Shown here in pieces: positions 38,119 to 52,543 of a stretch of 64,000 nt of DNA; position 1 is the first letter of the stretch; every line of letters starts with the position of its first letter. The translations under genes were made by a program, and so were the position numbers. The notes under the pieces are model-generated. The model made no database searches, was not told the DNA's origin, and saw only the letters and a list, made by a program, of their open reading frames with translations. This DNA comes from Eledone cirrhosa (lineage: Eukaryota): positions 275,714,001 to 275,778,000 of the forward strand of contig OZ024740.1 of assembly GCA_964016885.1 (NCBI GenBank), read 5' to 3'.

Positions 38119-39716
38119 GTATATATGATGACAATGATATACATATATATATAAATATATATGCGTGCATATACATATACCATACATATACCACATATAT
38201 ATATATATACACATATCATACATATACATACACACATATATATCATCATCCTCATCATTTAACGTCCATCTTCATGGGTAGGACAGATTGACCCTTAGGG
38301 AGAAAAACAGGTAAGAGGACCATGTTTAGTTCACCCGAGGCAGATTTTTGCTTGGTTTCTATGCAAATATATATATATATATCATCATCATCACTGTTTA
38401 GCTTCCAATTTTCCACATTAGGATGGGTTACACGTGGTGATGAGAGGTAGTGGTGATCTTAGGTAGTGTGGGTGCATGTACTATGATGGTGAGATTTAGT
38501 TTTCTATTTTTAGTCTTCGCTACTTTATCCCATGTCTCATTGGGTCTACCTCTTTCCTGCATATCTATACCATTATGGTCTTTTCTTTTGCACACTCCAC
38601 TCTTTAGATATATTCAACAATACCACTTCTTTGATAGTATAAGTTTCTTGTCTTCTTTCTGTACTGGAGTAAAGTTGCATGAATGTCATTCTTTTTTTTT
38701 CTGGGCTTGAGAAGTAAAGGGTCTGTAGGGCTGCTTGATAACTGTCAGGAGGGAAGCTTACATACAGGTTAGATTTGTTTCATGCACTGTATTATCACTG
38801 CCAGCGCTAGCATCTGCCAAATAACCAACACAGGTCTCTTTTACTATAGAGTGAGGGTGGGGAAGACATATTTATATACATGAATGCTGAAGCACATGCG
38901 ACACACAAGGCACTTATATAATGGGATGGGAGGATGATGTGTGTCTCCATAGGAGAGCATAGCAGAGTTTTCTTTACAAGGTGTGTTGGTGGGGGTGGGA
39001 GGTTAGGAACAAAATGGTTTCTAGCAGCTTGCCTGCTTTTGTTCATTCAATATTCAGCAAACGAAATTGAATAAAAGAATGTTCTAAATGGCATCTCATT
39101 CAGAAAATTAAGGCTAAGAGCTTAAATGTAATATCTAAAGACTACAATTATAAGTTAAGACTGAGATTTAAACATTAGAATTAAAAACTTAATGGTAGGC
39201 AAAAGCAACCAAAACATCTATAAGCTATAATTTACAATAGTAATTAAAATTAAAATGTTAAAAATCAGAAAAACAAAATAAAAACGAATTGTATAATGTC
39301 ACAAAATTTTAAAGTTGTAAAGTTGTTCTTACTATGCTTGAGCATTCGCAGGTGTTCCTTCAAACATGTTATCTAGTTGATGGTCGACAAACATTTTGCT
39401 TGGGATTTACACAATCACAGCAGCTTCTTAATTCTGGGTATTAACATAAGAATGTAATAGATATATTTATTAAAGATGTGGGATACTCCCAATGTAGAAA
39501 ACCAACTGCACTTACAATCAGGGATACAAAATTTGATTTTTCATGGTGGCCACTGGTAACATCATTTTCTATCTTTAAGGAACTTTAATAGATTTTGAGA
39601 AGCTATTTTGTAACAACTAACACTAGATACAGTTATTTTCTGTGCTTGAGCATCCCACATCTTCTATAAATTTATTTCCTCAGTGCTTTGTAAGTTCAAA
39701 TGATTGAGCTTCACAC

Positions 39717-40105
39717 ATAATTGTTTCTACTTTTGGCACAAGGCCAGCAATTATCCCAGTGTATTATTACTGGGTGGATTGGCAGTATCGGTAGAGGGTC
39801 GGACGCCATGCTTTGACGCATAGAGTTACGGCCCTTGCCATACTGAGTTCAAATCCCACCGAGGTTAACTTTGCCTTTCATCCTTAAAGGGTCGATAAAA
39901 TAAAGTACCAGTAATGTACTGGGTAATTGCTGACCTTGTGCCAAAAGTAGAAACAATTATTACTGGTACTTTATTTTATCAACCCCGTAATGATGAAAGG
40001 CAAAGTTAACCTCGGCGGGATTTGAACATAGACCATAAAGGGCCGTAACTCTTTGCTGCAAAGCATGGTGTCCGACCCTCTACCGATACTGCCAATCCAC
40101 CGCCC
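39717..40105. mobile_element. SINE (+) nested inside a same-family SINE (-)
   Basis: Outer TSD ttgagcttcacacataat at 39704-39721/40106-40123; inner TSD attattactgg at 39763-39773/39956-39966. Confidence 0.92.
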
Positions 40106-40241
40106 TTGAGCTTCACACATAATGTTTGTTTAATAGATATGTTTGATATATATATATATATATATATGCATACACACACACCCACACACTCATGTTTATG
40201 TGTGAGGGTTTGTGTATGTGTGTGTGTTTGTTTGTTTTCAT

Positions 40242-40313
<72 letters not shown>

Positions 40314-40641
40314 TATTATATATCTATATATACATTGCTGTATGTTTCCCAGATTTTAGAATAGATAAACTGTATCCCTGTATGTTGTAAAAGGTGGCTA
40401 AAAGAGTTGATGTCAGGAAGGGTATCTAGTTGTAAAACATTGTCTTGAAACAACCTGTCCAATCAAAGTCTGCATAAAAATCAGGATATAAAAATGACGA
40501 TGATGATGATAATGATTATATATATATATATAAGGACTATCGTCCGAAATGTTAAGACCCTCTTCCTGCTATATCAAGCGTTAACCTAATATATCACTTC
40601 AATATACTGTACCAATTGTGTTGTTATTTCTGTTTACCTTT

Positions 40642-40697
<56 letters not shown>

Positions 40698-42175
40698 TAG
40701 AGTGAGAGAGGGCAGGGTAAAAACCTGACCGTGAGGCTGTACGTCTTTTTAAAAGCTTGGTATATACAAGCAGAAACCACCTGGCGTTGCGGTTGGGTTT
40801 TGACATTCCTCTCTACCTAGTCGGGTTCTTCCCATGCATAGAGTACACCCCTAATTTGTGGTCTTCCCAGTCTTAGCACCTCAGACTTAATAAATACAAA
40901 CACACACACATGCATATATACTTAAAGACATCTACCACAAAATTTAAATGCATATTAGATGCATGCATACACACATACACATCATCATCATCGTCATTAT
41001 TGTTTAACATCTATCTCCCATGCCAGCATGGGTAGGACGGACTGTCCTTTTGTGAAGGATCCGTTCAGAGGACTGTGATTCGCTCACACAGAACTGATTT
41101 GACATGGTTTCTATGGCTGGATGCCCTTCCTAACACCAACCACGTTTACAGTGTGTGCTGGGTGCTTTTTACTGTGTTGCTTACACAACCACTTTACAGT
41201 GAAGACTGGATGCTTTTTGTCTTGACACCTACATGACCTATTTACAGTGCAGACTAGGTGCTTGCTTTTGACATGACACTTACATGACCACTATAATGGG
41301 CTGGGCTCTATTGTTGTGGCTCCAGTAGGGATCACATCCATAAACACACACATGCACATATTTACACATGAATTGGATCCAAAATGGAGCAATCGTAATA
41401 GATTTTTCATTTGCCTCAAAATATATACAGGTACACACTGGCAGCATGCACCTTCACACACATTTGCATGGGAACACTACCAATATGTATGCATTGATAT
41501 GTGAATGTATGTATGTTTTTATTAATATAACCACACATTTACTTATTTACATACATCCTTATACATACATATAATTTTTAATTCATTTGCTTCTTATTTT
41601 TATGTAATATATATGTGTAAGTTAAGCTTTTTACATATATGTATTTGTATGCATCTGTGTGTGTGTATGTGTCTGTTTTTGTGCATATATATGTGTGTGT
41701 GTGTGTGTGCGCGCACATGTGTGCATGAATGTGTTGGTAGTGATATACAGGTAGTCACATGTCTTCCTCTTGAAGATAATGAAAGAAAAATCTTTCTAGA
41801 TAATAAATAGCTGAAAGCTGAATCAACCAGATAAATATGATAACACATCAAATGACACACAGAAAAAGTAACAATAACAGCAACAAAATAATAATTAAAG
41901 GTAAAAGAACAAATTTTAAAGAAAAATATCATACGAATAAATCAATTAGCATATATATTTTTTTTTACTGTGGATTTTTGTAAGCAAAACGACCCAGTCA
42001 GGTAGATTTAAAGTTTCATCTTTCTTGCATTATGTGGAATTAAATTTCCATTTTTAATTTGGAAATAATATACAGGTTTTTATTTATTTTTTTTTTTTTT
42101 CATAAGGTAACAAAAAGGATATTTTCAAAGTTTTTAATGAAATTATTATTTTTGTTATTATTATTATTATTATTA

Positions 42176-43390
42176 TGGATTGGCAGTATCGGTAGAGGGT
42201 CAGATGCCATGCTTTGCAGCACAGTTACGTCCCTTTACGAACTGAGTTCAAATCCCACCGAGGTTAACTTTGCCTTTCATCCTTACGGGGTCGATAAAAT
42301 TAAGTACCAGTAATACACTGGGATAATTGCTGGCCTTGTGTCAAAAGTAAAACCATTATTATTATTATTATTATTTTAGGCAGTGTGGTGGATTGGCAGT
42401 ATCTCTAGAGCATTGGGAAACATGCTTTGTGGCATATAGTTATGACCCTTTACATTCTGAGTTCAAATCATGCCGAGGTTAGGTTTGTCTTTCATCACAG
42501 GGCAAATAAACTCACTGTATACATTAGTAAGCAAAGAAAAGTTAACATAACATATTGATTATATTTACAGCTTCATAAAACATGTATACATATATATATA
42601 TTTACACATGCATATAAGCACATACACATACATATATACATATACATACATATGCATACACATACACACAAATATATATATACACACACATATTCATCCA
42701 CACATACACACAGACATACATGGAGGGTTATCAAATGTTTGCACCTCTGCCAGAGATAGTAAACCAGGTATCATTCTCAAGTACTGCTCTGTTCCTTTTT
42801 TTCATCATTCCTAGTGCTCCGACAATCACTGGTATTGCAACAGCTTTGAGGTGCCATGACAGCATACTTAGTGGCATAGAGTTACAGCTTTTATGTTCTG
42901 AGTTCAAATCTCACTGAGGTTAACTTTGTCTTTTATCCTTGCAGAGGTTGATAAAATAAAATACCAGTAATGCACTGGAATCGAGTTAATTGACTTCCCC
43001 TTTCCCCTAAATTGCTGGCCTTGTGCCAAAAGTGGAAACATTTATAATCATTATTATTTGGCATCCCGCCGAGGTTAACTTTGCCTTTCATCCTTACGGG
43101 GTCGATAAAATAAAGTACCAGTAATACACTGGGTAATTGCTGGCCTTGTGCCTAAAGTAGAAACAATTATTATTTGGCAAGGTGAATTGGCAGTGAATAA
43201 AGGGTGGTGACCTGGCAGTACCAGTAGAGCGTCAGACACCATGCTTTGCAGCATAGAGTTATGGCCCTTTATGTTCTGAGTTCAAATCCTGCCAAGGTTA
43301 GTTTTGCCCTTACAGTGTCGATAAAAAATAAAGCACCAGTAATGCACTGGGGTAATTGCTGGCTTTGTGCCAAAAGTAGAAACAAATATT
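42176..43390 (+). mobile_element. Cluster of ~5 tRNA-derived SINE copies
   Basis: Consensus matches near 42176, 42380, 42860, 43064 and 43201, mostly next to (ATT)n. Confidence 0.8.
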
Positions 43391-43829
43391 ATTACTATTA
43401 TTTGGCACAATTTCTTCAAGGACTACGGCTTTAGTATTGTGTGCACATCATTCCTTACCTTGGCATATACTTATTCTATTCCAGGTTTTTTTCAGAAGTT
43501 GCTTTTTGTTATTGTTGTTGTTCTTGTTATTTCACCCAAGTTAACTTGGATCCAGCAGACATATGATTAAAAACATTCCAGTCATGATAATCTTGTCTTT
43601 TTTCTGATAGAGCCTTATATTTTATCTGATATGTTATTTTGTTTTTAAAAATGATAGTGCGAATTTCTGAGGAAGATTTGCTACCATTTTCTGAAGGTTA
43701 AACAACCATGTAGAAGTTGTCTTATTGGCTAGTTTGGATACAGATAGTGTTTTAGATGTACATCAACCTTTTGATGCCAAAGCATTGAAAACTGTCAATG
43801 GTTCTACAATACAAAGCTGCATGTTTTAA

Positions 43830-44214
43830 CCCTTTAACATTTACATTACTCTATATTTACTAATGTGTTTTCATGGTAAACACTTTATTTCACATAATTA
43901 TCTCACATAAAATCAAATCCATGAGATCTTGATATTATCTATTTTGAGAACAATGCCTTAACATAAGTATGAGCAGCCAGATATGGCCGGTTTAACCCTT
44001 TAGCATTCACATTACTCTATATATACTATTATATTTTCATGGTAAAGGCTTTACCTCACATAATATCTCACATAATATCGAATCTATGAGATTTTTTAAG
44101 TATTTATTTTAAGAAATATACCTTAACATCAGTTTGAGCGACCAGTTACAGCCAGTTTAAACAGAAAGAGGTAGAGAATTCTGGCCAGTTTTAGCCAGTT
44201 TGAACACTAAAGGG
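43830..44214. mobile_element. Two tandem piggyBac-like MITEs (partial, then full 43996-44214)
   Basis: ttaa-cccttta starts at 43830 and 43996; taaaggg-ttaa end. Confidence 0.75.
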
Positions 44215-45341
44215 TTAAAGTGTTTATATTCATCTAAAAACTTTTCATAATATTTTTGTGTCAGAAATTTGTTTCAAACACCAGCTTAATAAGGAGAGAG
44301 TTAGTTTTATTACTAAATTCCTTCAAATTCTTGAAGATTTTCAAAATTGTTTTTCATTGAATGAAAGGTCTACAATGTTTTAGCTGGATTTTTTTTAACT
44401 GATGACATTGTTGTTATTATTAAATTGCAAATAGGAGATGCCAACAAGTTTAATAAACAATACAATAGATATTACACATTATATTACTGGCACTTTTTTG
44501 TGTGTGTAAGTTAAGGCAATCTAGCCTTAGATTGGGTCAGCTGAAATGTTCATAGGCTGACTATGAAGCATTGATGCTAGAGCTGTGAAACCTTGCATGC
44601 ATTAATTTCAACTCAGCTTAATTATAAGTGCATTGCTTCTTTCCAGGGACTATTTTGAAAAATAAACCTCATTTGGTCATTCCATGAGAGTATCTTGGTC
44701 AGTTTATCAACTTTTCAGTCAATCCTCATACTGTACATTAATAAACATTTTCTTTTGCACATATTCAGAATTAATAGTTTGTTATTGGTATGGAAGCAAT
44801 TGTAACTATTGGTAGTTAGATTAATATTGAGCTTATTCAGCTTCAAGAGGTATGATGAAGCATTGATTTCAGATATTAGTTGTAGTAGAACAAGTAGTTT
44901 TGATAATAATTCTTTTGAAAATTTGATAATATAATAACATCATGTAATATAGGGAGTTGATAAATTTTAGTTAGGACTTTCATGAATGTATTTCTGAAAT
45001 AAATAAATGAAAAGAATGAATCTCAAATATATCTACCATATTTCCCAGTATTGACGATGCTATTTTTTTCATAAAATAAGTTTCAAAAATCTACCATGGA
45101 GAAAATCTACCATCTTGGAGGTTGAAGGTTGCATTTCTCATATACTAACACCAGAGGAAAATTATTCATGTTAGACAGTAATCAAAACTCCTGTATATGA
45201 CCTCTCGATGAAGTGTATAAATTAAACTTAGTTAAAGTAGTAAATAAACAAATATATACACAATTACAAAAATTCATTCCTGTATTGGCAGAGTATGGTA
45301 GACGAGGCAACTGCCGAGTGATATTTTTACATGTGTATCAA

Positions 45342-45795
45342 TAATTGTTTCTACTTTAGGCACAAGGCCAGCAATTACCCAGTGCATTACTGGTACTTTA
45401 TTTTATCGACCCCGTAAGGATGAAAGGAAAAGTTAACTTCGGCGGGATTTGAACTCAGATCGTAAAGGGACGTAACTATGCTGGAAAGCATGGCGTCCGA
45501 CCCTCTACCGATACTGCCAATCCACCGCCATGTGTATCAATAATGCCAGTATTTTCACTCTCTTCAAACAACCTGATTTTAAGAGAACATTATTAAATAA
45601 TAAAGGGCGGTGGATTGGCAGTATCAGTAGAGGGTCGGACGCCATGCTTTGCAGCATAGAGTTGCTGCCCTTTATGATCTGAGTTCAAATTCCGCCAAGG
45701 TTAACTTTGCCTTTCATCCTTACAGGGTCAATAAAAGTACCAGTAATACACTGGAATAATTGCTGGCCTTGTGACAAAAGTAGAAACAATTATTA
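45342..45795. mobile_element. Head-to-head SINE pair: 45342-45528 (-) and 45605-45795 (+)
   Basis: TSD catgtgtatcaataat around the first copy. Confidence 0.9.
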
Positions 45796-46929
45796 AGTGA
45801 TAAAATAAGTAAAACTGGTATGTTAAAAGGGTTTACCAGCAAATATTAATAAGACTTATTTTTATGTTTATTTATTTTTCTCCAATTTTTGGTTGTCAAA
45901 ATTGGGGTGCATCGTCAATGGCGAAGTGTTTTTGATGATGGAAAATACGATATATAAAAGGGTTATATGTATATTTACCTTCCATTAAATTTCCGAGATA
46001 TTTCTTCAACTCTTAATCATTTCAGCTGGTGTAAAAAGAGCTAGGTTTCCCTGAAACCCTACTATAATTAGCAGCCATCCATGAATTTTATATATAAAAA
46101 CACTAAAATGTACAAACAGAATGAAGTGAGTATTGTACAACTGACAAAAAACCATGCTACTGATGGAGAAAAGTACTTCCATATAGAATATGCTAGAAAA
46201 CTTAAAATAACATATTTATGTGATAACTAAATATATGAATGTGTTTAGTTATTACATAATGGTCTGATTGAGGCACTTATTCTCTAGGGTTGTTCTACAA
46301 CTAATTAATAATTAGTTGGGGTTAATATGAATGTCTATATTAAATAACATATATGTGAACAGCCACCCACACTCATAAAATGAAAACCAGAAAAGTATCT
46401 AAATCTGAATGGATATTATTTTTTGCTCAATGATCTGATGTACACCAGACACTTACGATTTTAATTGTCTATTCCAAACGTTTCTCTCTAAAGACATTAA
46501 ATAAAAAAGGTAAACCCAGTGATATATTATAGACAAGTGTTTAATTTTACAGCCACCATTATAAAAGCGATATGTGTAAAGTTTATTGGTCAGTTATAAA
46601 TTTGTGATTTCTTATAGAAAAAATAGGATGTAATGAAATGCTAATTACAAGACTTGAAATATTCTAACATTATTATTAATTCAAAGATTATTCATCACCA
46701 TAGATAGGGAGATTCATTAAAATTCAGCAATTGAGCAGCAATTTGCTATCAAATGTAAATTAAATCGTTTTCCTATTATTTACAGAGCAAAATATGTAGG
46801 AAATCAGGAATGAAGAAATCTCAAAGAATGTCAAATGTAATGTGAAATTAGTTAAAAGTTAAGGATAAATTTAGAAAAGATTACTAAGAAATGATAAATA
46901 TATTGATGAATTTTCTCTTTCTCATAGTT

Positions 46930-47510
46930 TATACATATGTATGTATGTATATTTATACATGTATGTATGTATGCTTGTATATATGTATGCATGTTTGTAT
47001 GTATGTATGCATGTGTATATGTATGTATGTTTTTATGTATGTTTTATGTATGTATGCATGTATGTATGTTTGTATGTATGTGTGTATGTGTATGTGTGCA
47101 TGTATGTGTATGTGTATGTGTGCATGTATGTGTATGTGTATGTAAGTATGTATGTATGTATGAAAGTATGTATGTATTTGTGTATGTACGTATGTACGAA
47201 GATATGTATGCATGCATGTATGTATGTATGTGTGTATGTATATGTGTATGTATGCATGTATATATGTATGCATGTATATATGTATTTAAGTATGTATGTA
47301 AGTACATATATATGTATATGTGTATATGCATATGTATGTATGTATATGTGTATGTATATGTGTATGTATTCATGTATGTATGCATGTAAGTATGTATGTA
47401 TATATGCATGTACATATATATCTATGTATGCATGTATGTAAGCATATATGTATTACATATGTATGTTTATATGTATGTATGCATGCATTAATACATTTGT
47501 ATGTGTATTC
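46930..47510. repeat. Degenerate (ATGT)n low-complexity tract
   Basis: Direct reading. Confidence 0.92.
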
Positions 47511-47670
47511 ATTAACTTTCTTTTACTACTTGTGACATCTTTAAAATGTATTACTGCTAGAGAAAATTATAAACAAGGATTAAGCAGGACATTTTTAGAT
47601 TTACATTCAGTGTTTATTGTGGAATATATAAACTTCCCAATACATTTATAGCTTAAACATATATACATAC

Positions 47671-47727
<57 letters not shown>

Positions 47728-47763
47728 AATATATATATATATATATGTATGTCTATATATATG

Positions 47764-47832
<69 letters not shown>

Positions 47833-48823
47833 GTGTGTGTGTGTGTTCTTGTTAATATTTTATGATTTTTTTTTGGTAGTGAGGGTAATTAAATTTTCAT
47901 TAATTTTACTCACATTTGGCCCATATTCTATGTATAAATTGTTTTATTTTTCGATGTATACAAAAAAAACCAAACTATAAATTAATTAATTAAAAAGAGT
48001 TATATATATAAATTATAATATACATTTAAAAATCAATTGTGACTGGATTTACTTAAAGCTATTAATGAGAGTTGAAATTTCATTTAAATGTAAGTTTTGT
48101 TGTAATGTAAGAAATGTTAGAATCAGCAGATTAAAGAAACTGATAAGGGTATATATAGGTTTGCAGGAAGAATATCTAACATTGGAACACTGGATGAATT
48201 CAAAGAGATAAAAACTATAAAATATCAAAGAATTTTTAGGAGAAAGAAATATATGATGATAATGATGATAATAATAAAGGTTATGATAGTGGGGTTATTA
48301 TTATTATTATTATTATCATTATTATCATGTTAAATAAAAAGAGATATTGTACCAACATATAGTTGTTTTCTAATTCTTTCCTTTAAAACGTGTAATAATA
48401 TGAAATATATTCTAACGTTTTTGATTTGCTTTTAATTCTTTTCCATCTTCTTCCCTTCCTTACAAAATGAAGCAAAGTGCAAAACAATTAAATATTATTC
48501 ACTGCTTGAATAATGAATTAGCTTTACTAATTTGAATACAAGTTGTTATCGTTAAAATTCTTAACAAGGAAATATAAACATTTCCAATATATATATTTCT
48601 TTTTATTTGCATAAAAATGCTGTTTTGTTATCAATCTTTTTGTTGTTATTGTTGTTGCTGTTGTTGTTGTTGTCGTTATTATGTATTGCAGTGAACTGAA
48701 ATTATTTTGTGAATGTGAGAGTATTTCCTGATAACAGCTTTCTCACTTTGATTTAATTATCTCTAAATAACAATACAGTTTCAATTCTACCCTGAAACAA
48801 ACAATTTTCTTTTTCTCTGATAT

Positions 48824-48863
<40 letters not shown>

Positions 48864-49255
48864 TTTATGTATATATATTGTCATCATCATCATCATCATG
48901 ATCGGTTAATGTCCATTTTCCCTGTTAGCAAAGCTACATGTGTGTGTTTGTGTGTGTGTGTGTGCATGCGTTCATGTGCATGTGTGCATGCATGTTTATG
49001 CATGTGTGTGTATGTGTGTGTATGTATGAGTGTGTATGTATGAATATGTGTATGTATGAGTGTATAGGACACATACTGTATATACACTAAATAAGCTACA
49101 TGTGATGTATCTACCAAACTTTGCCCTATCACCCTTTTGGTAGTAGAATGTGATTTAAGGGAATCTGTTTACTATTTCTTGTTGATGAATCAATCATGTT
49201 ATGTCTTCTTGTTAACTTAATACTTTCATGATTTTAGGATTTCAGTGGCTTGAAA

Positions 49256-49594
49256 TCATTATCATCCTCATCATCATTTTACGTCTGCTTTTCCCTGCTT
49301 GCAAGGGTGGGACGGGAACTGATTCTGGCTTGATACTACAGCTGGATACCCTTCCTAACAACAACCTCATTTACAGTGAGTACTGGGTGCTTTTTTGCCA
49401 TCGCACCTCCACGACCACTTTGCAGTGGAATGATATGGACCCCAGTCCCTATCATCTCATTTCTACAGCTGAGTAAACTGGAGCAATGTGAAATAAAGTG
49501 TCTTGTTCAAGGAAGCAACACATCACCCGGTCTGAGAATTGAACTCACAACCTTTCGATTGAAAGGCCAATGCTCTAACCACTAATACACCTCC
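49256..49594 (-). mobile_element. CORE-like SINE with an RTE tail
   Basis: Reverse match to 26910-27249. Confidence 0.9.
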
Positions 49595-51192
49595 ATTATT
49601 TGGTGTTTTAACAGCTGTTCTAGTGATGAGTTTTCTCATTTTTATATGTATTCAAATACATATAAATGCTGTCAAAGACAGCAATGGATAAAAATGGCTT
49701 TGAGGAGAGAGACCAGCAGCTACTGGTCAACAGAGAGACAAGCTAAAAGGTAGGTCACAGGCAGATGAATATTATTTTTATGTAATATTATCCTAGAAAT
49801 ATATTTCAGTATTTTGAAATAAAATAACCAAAGTCTCACTTGATTGACAGTTATCACCAAACAATAAGAATGTTACATTGCCAAACTAAATTCAGCTGTT
49901 TTGACCCTTTCATCAGATTCAGAATTTTTGGTGGGTTAGACAAATTAGATTTGTGTTTCATATTGAGCAAATTTGTGTAGCTTATACTTTACTGTGGAAA
50001 AACATATTTTGCTGTAAGCAAATCTTCTGTATTATTTTGTGTAACCACAAATACTTTTTCTCATATAATTCTTTGTATGTACAGACAGAATCATATTTTT
50101 TCCACTTAGACATTTTGTGAAGAAGAATTAAATAAGAAAAAGTCAATTATCTGTATGTGACAATTGTCACTTGCAAACTGAGTCAAAATAATCTTCACAT
50201 TCAAACCTGATATGTCATCATCATCATTGTTTAACATCCATTTTCCATGTTAGCATGGGTTAGATGGGTTGCCCCATTAGAGGCAAATTGGGTCCGGTGA
50301 CTGTGTCTTGCTCATTCATGACTGTTTCTGGCTAGATTTCTAAGGCTTGATGCCCTTCCTAATGCCTACCACATTTACAGTGTGTGCTAGGTACTTTTTG
50401 TTGAGATACCTACCACTTTACCCATGTGGGCTATGTGTTTTTAGTCATTACACATCAATGACCACCTTACAGTGTGTTATATATTTTTTGGTAAACCATT
50501 TTGAAAGGAAATGAAAAATAGCCAAAAGCTAAACAGAGATTTAATATGGCCAAACCAAAATATTCATGGCAAATGCTTTTTGAAAACACTAGTTTTGTCA
50601 AATTTGAGTATAAAATGGCTGAAATGACAATCTTGTCTTATAGAAAACCATGGTAATTTTAATTTTTTTTCTATTGAGTGATGTGTTGTGTTTTCTAAAG
50701 TAATATATTGTAATGTGTTCTGTAGGTATATAGTTAAATATATTTTGTAAATGTGTGAAGTTAGTATATTAGCCAGTATGACAGTATGGTGCATGTACAA
50801 GTTGTAAAAATCAGTTGTTTTAAAGTTCACAATGTTTATTGTTAACCCTACTGCTAATCAATCCCTATTAGTCAAACTTATACTATATGCAAATAAGTAA
50901 ATCCAGTAGACTTTTATATATAGAATATATATAAGCTACAGATTATTCTCATTATCGAATGTGTAAGCAGAACTGATGATGAAAAAACATCCTCATATAC
51001 TAGTGTTTGGCATTCTCACATGGATAGAGCGATAGCTGTGGCATTCTATGTAACTTCATATACACATCTAATATTGGATTGAATTGCTCAAAAAAGCCTA
51101 CAGAATGGCCATGGCTAGAATGCATTGAATTATATATCTGTTCAGTCAGAGCAGATGAGGAAGTAAACAATGATAGCAAACAGCAACAATAA

Positions 51193-51383
51193 CAGACCTG
51201 TCAACTCTCCTCATCTGACGAGGAGATCTCCCACCCAGTTTGGGGTGGGAGAGAGAGGTCTTCTCTTGTGAAAATTGCTTTCATTATGTAAAATCTCCTC
51301 ATTTTGACTCATTTTTTCCCATTTTGGGGCACTTTCTTTTTCCTGGTACTCCCCATTTGGGTTATTAGAGGTTGGCAGGTCTG
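51193..51383. mobile_element. Small MITE-like element (possibly hAT-type)
   Basis: Terminal inverted repeats cagacctgtcaac / gttggcaggtctg; TSD not clean. Confidence 0.5.
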
Positions 51384-52001
51384 CAATAATAACAGTAAAA
51401 ACACCGCCAACACCACCAACAACAAGAACAATTCAGTCATCTTTGCTTTCTTGCTCTATATTGAACAGGTATAAAATGGTTATGTTGTGATGCTTATGCA
51501 TTTCACAATGTGACATTTGTAACTTTAGAGAACTGAAGTAACTTAAGCATAATATCAAAATTCCATTGTTTTTTATGTACGCAATACAAGCATAACGAAA
51601 ACTACAACAGCACAGATAAGTAATAAGGTGTGAAATTATAAAGTCAGAAAGACAAATACACTTCATGAGAAGTAAATAAAAACTAATAAAAAACAAAAGA
51701 AAAATGCATTGAAACAAAAGGAAATAAAAAAAATATAAGGGGAGATAATTATATGAAGCAAAATAATAATAAAGTAAAAGAAATAAAAGGAAAAGAAAAG
51801 AAGAGAGAATATAGAAATATAAACAAAAACAACATTCATGAGTTGGATTGAATAAAATGACAGGTGTTGAATATTAATCAATGGTGCAACTGTAGCTTTA
51901 CTGAATATATGTATGTATGTGTGATTTACATGTAAAAAACATGTACATGTCTATGTGGACGCATACATCATACAGCACATATACACACATACATATATGT
52001 A

Positions 52002-52084
<83 letters not shown>

Positions 52085-52202
52085 GTATGTATATATATAC
52101 TGTATATATATATAATTGCACACATATATATGTGTATATATACACACACAAGTTTAACTACATGCTTATTTCTTTTACAATTTTTCTCATTTGTTGTTGT
52201 TG

Positions 52203-52243
<41 letters not shown>

Positions 52244-52254
52244 GTTATTGTTAT

Positions 52255-52482
52255 TCCTTGAATCTCAGTCATTGATGTTGGTTAACTGGAAAGTCCGTTG
52301 GATTGAATATCAAGCCACTACCTGCAGCCTCAGATATTCAGGACGTATCGGAGGGTTCTTGCCGTTCCAAGCAAGCATGCCTTTTGAAGCGTTCCAAAAA
52401 GCGTGAAGGGGCCGATTTTCTTTAACCATCCCTGGAAACCTTTGGAGATAGTCCCCAGTGCGCCTATGACAATCGGGATCAC

Positions 52483-52485
<3 letters not shown>
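52255..52485 (-). mobile_element. R4/Dong-like (restriction-like endonuclease) LINE 3' end in (AAT)n
   Basis: 52485-52330 reads KVIPIVIGALGTISKGFQGWLKKIGPFTLFGTLQKACLLGTARTLRYVLNI*; (TTA)n on both sides. Confidence 0.85.
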
Positions 52486-52537
<52 letters not shown>

Positions 52538-52543
52538 GTTATT

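Noticed and set aside
40718-40805. CTGACCGTGA...GAAACC as a variant hammerhead
   Set aside because: The stem I register does not fit an NUH site and the core is non-canonical
51205-51290. CTGACGA...GAAA as a hammerhead
   Set aside because: No adequate stem I, and stem II does not abut GAAA
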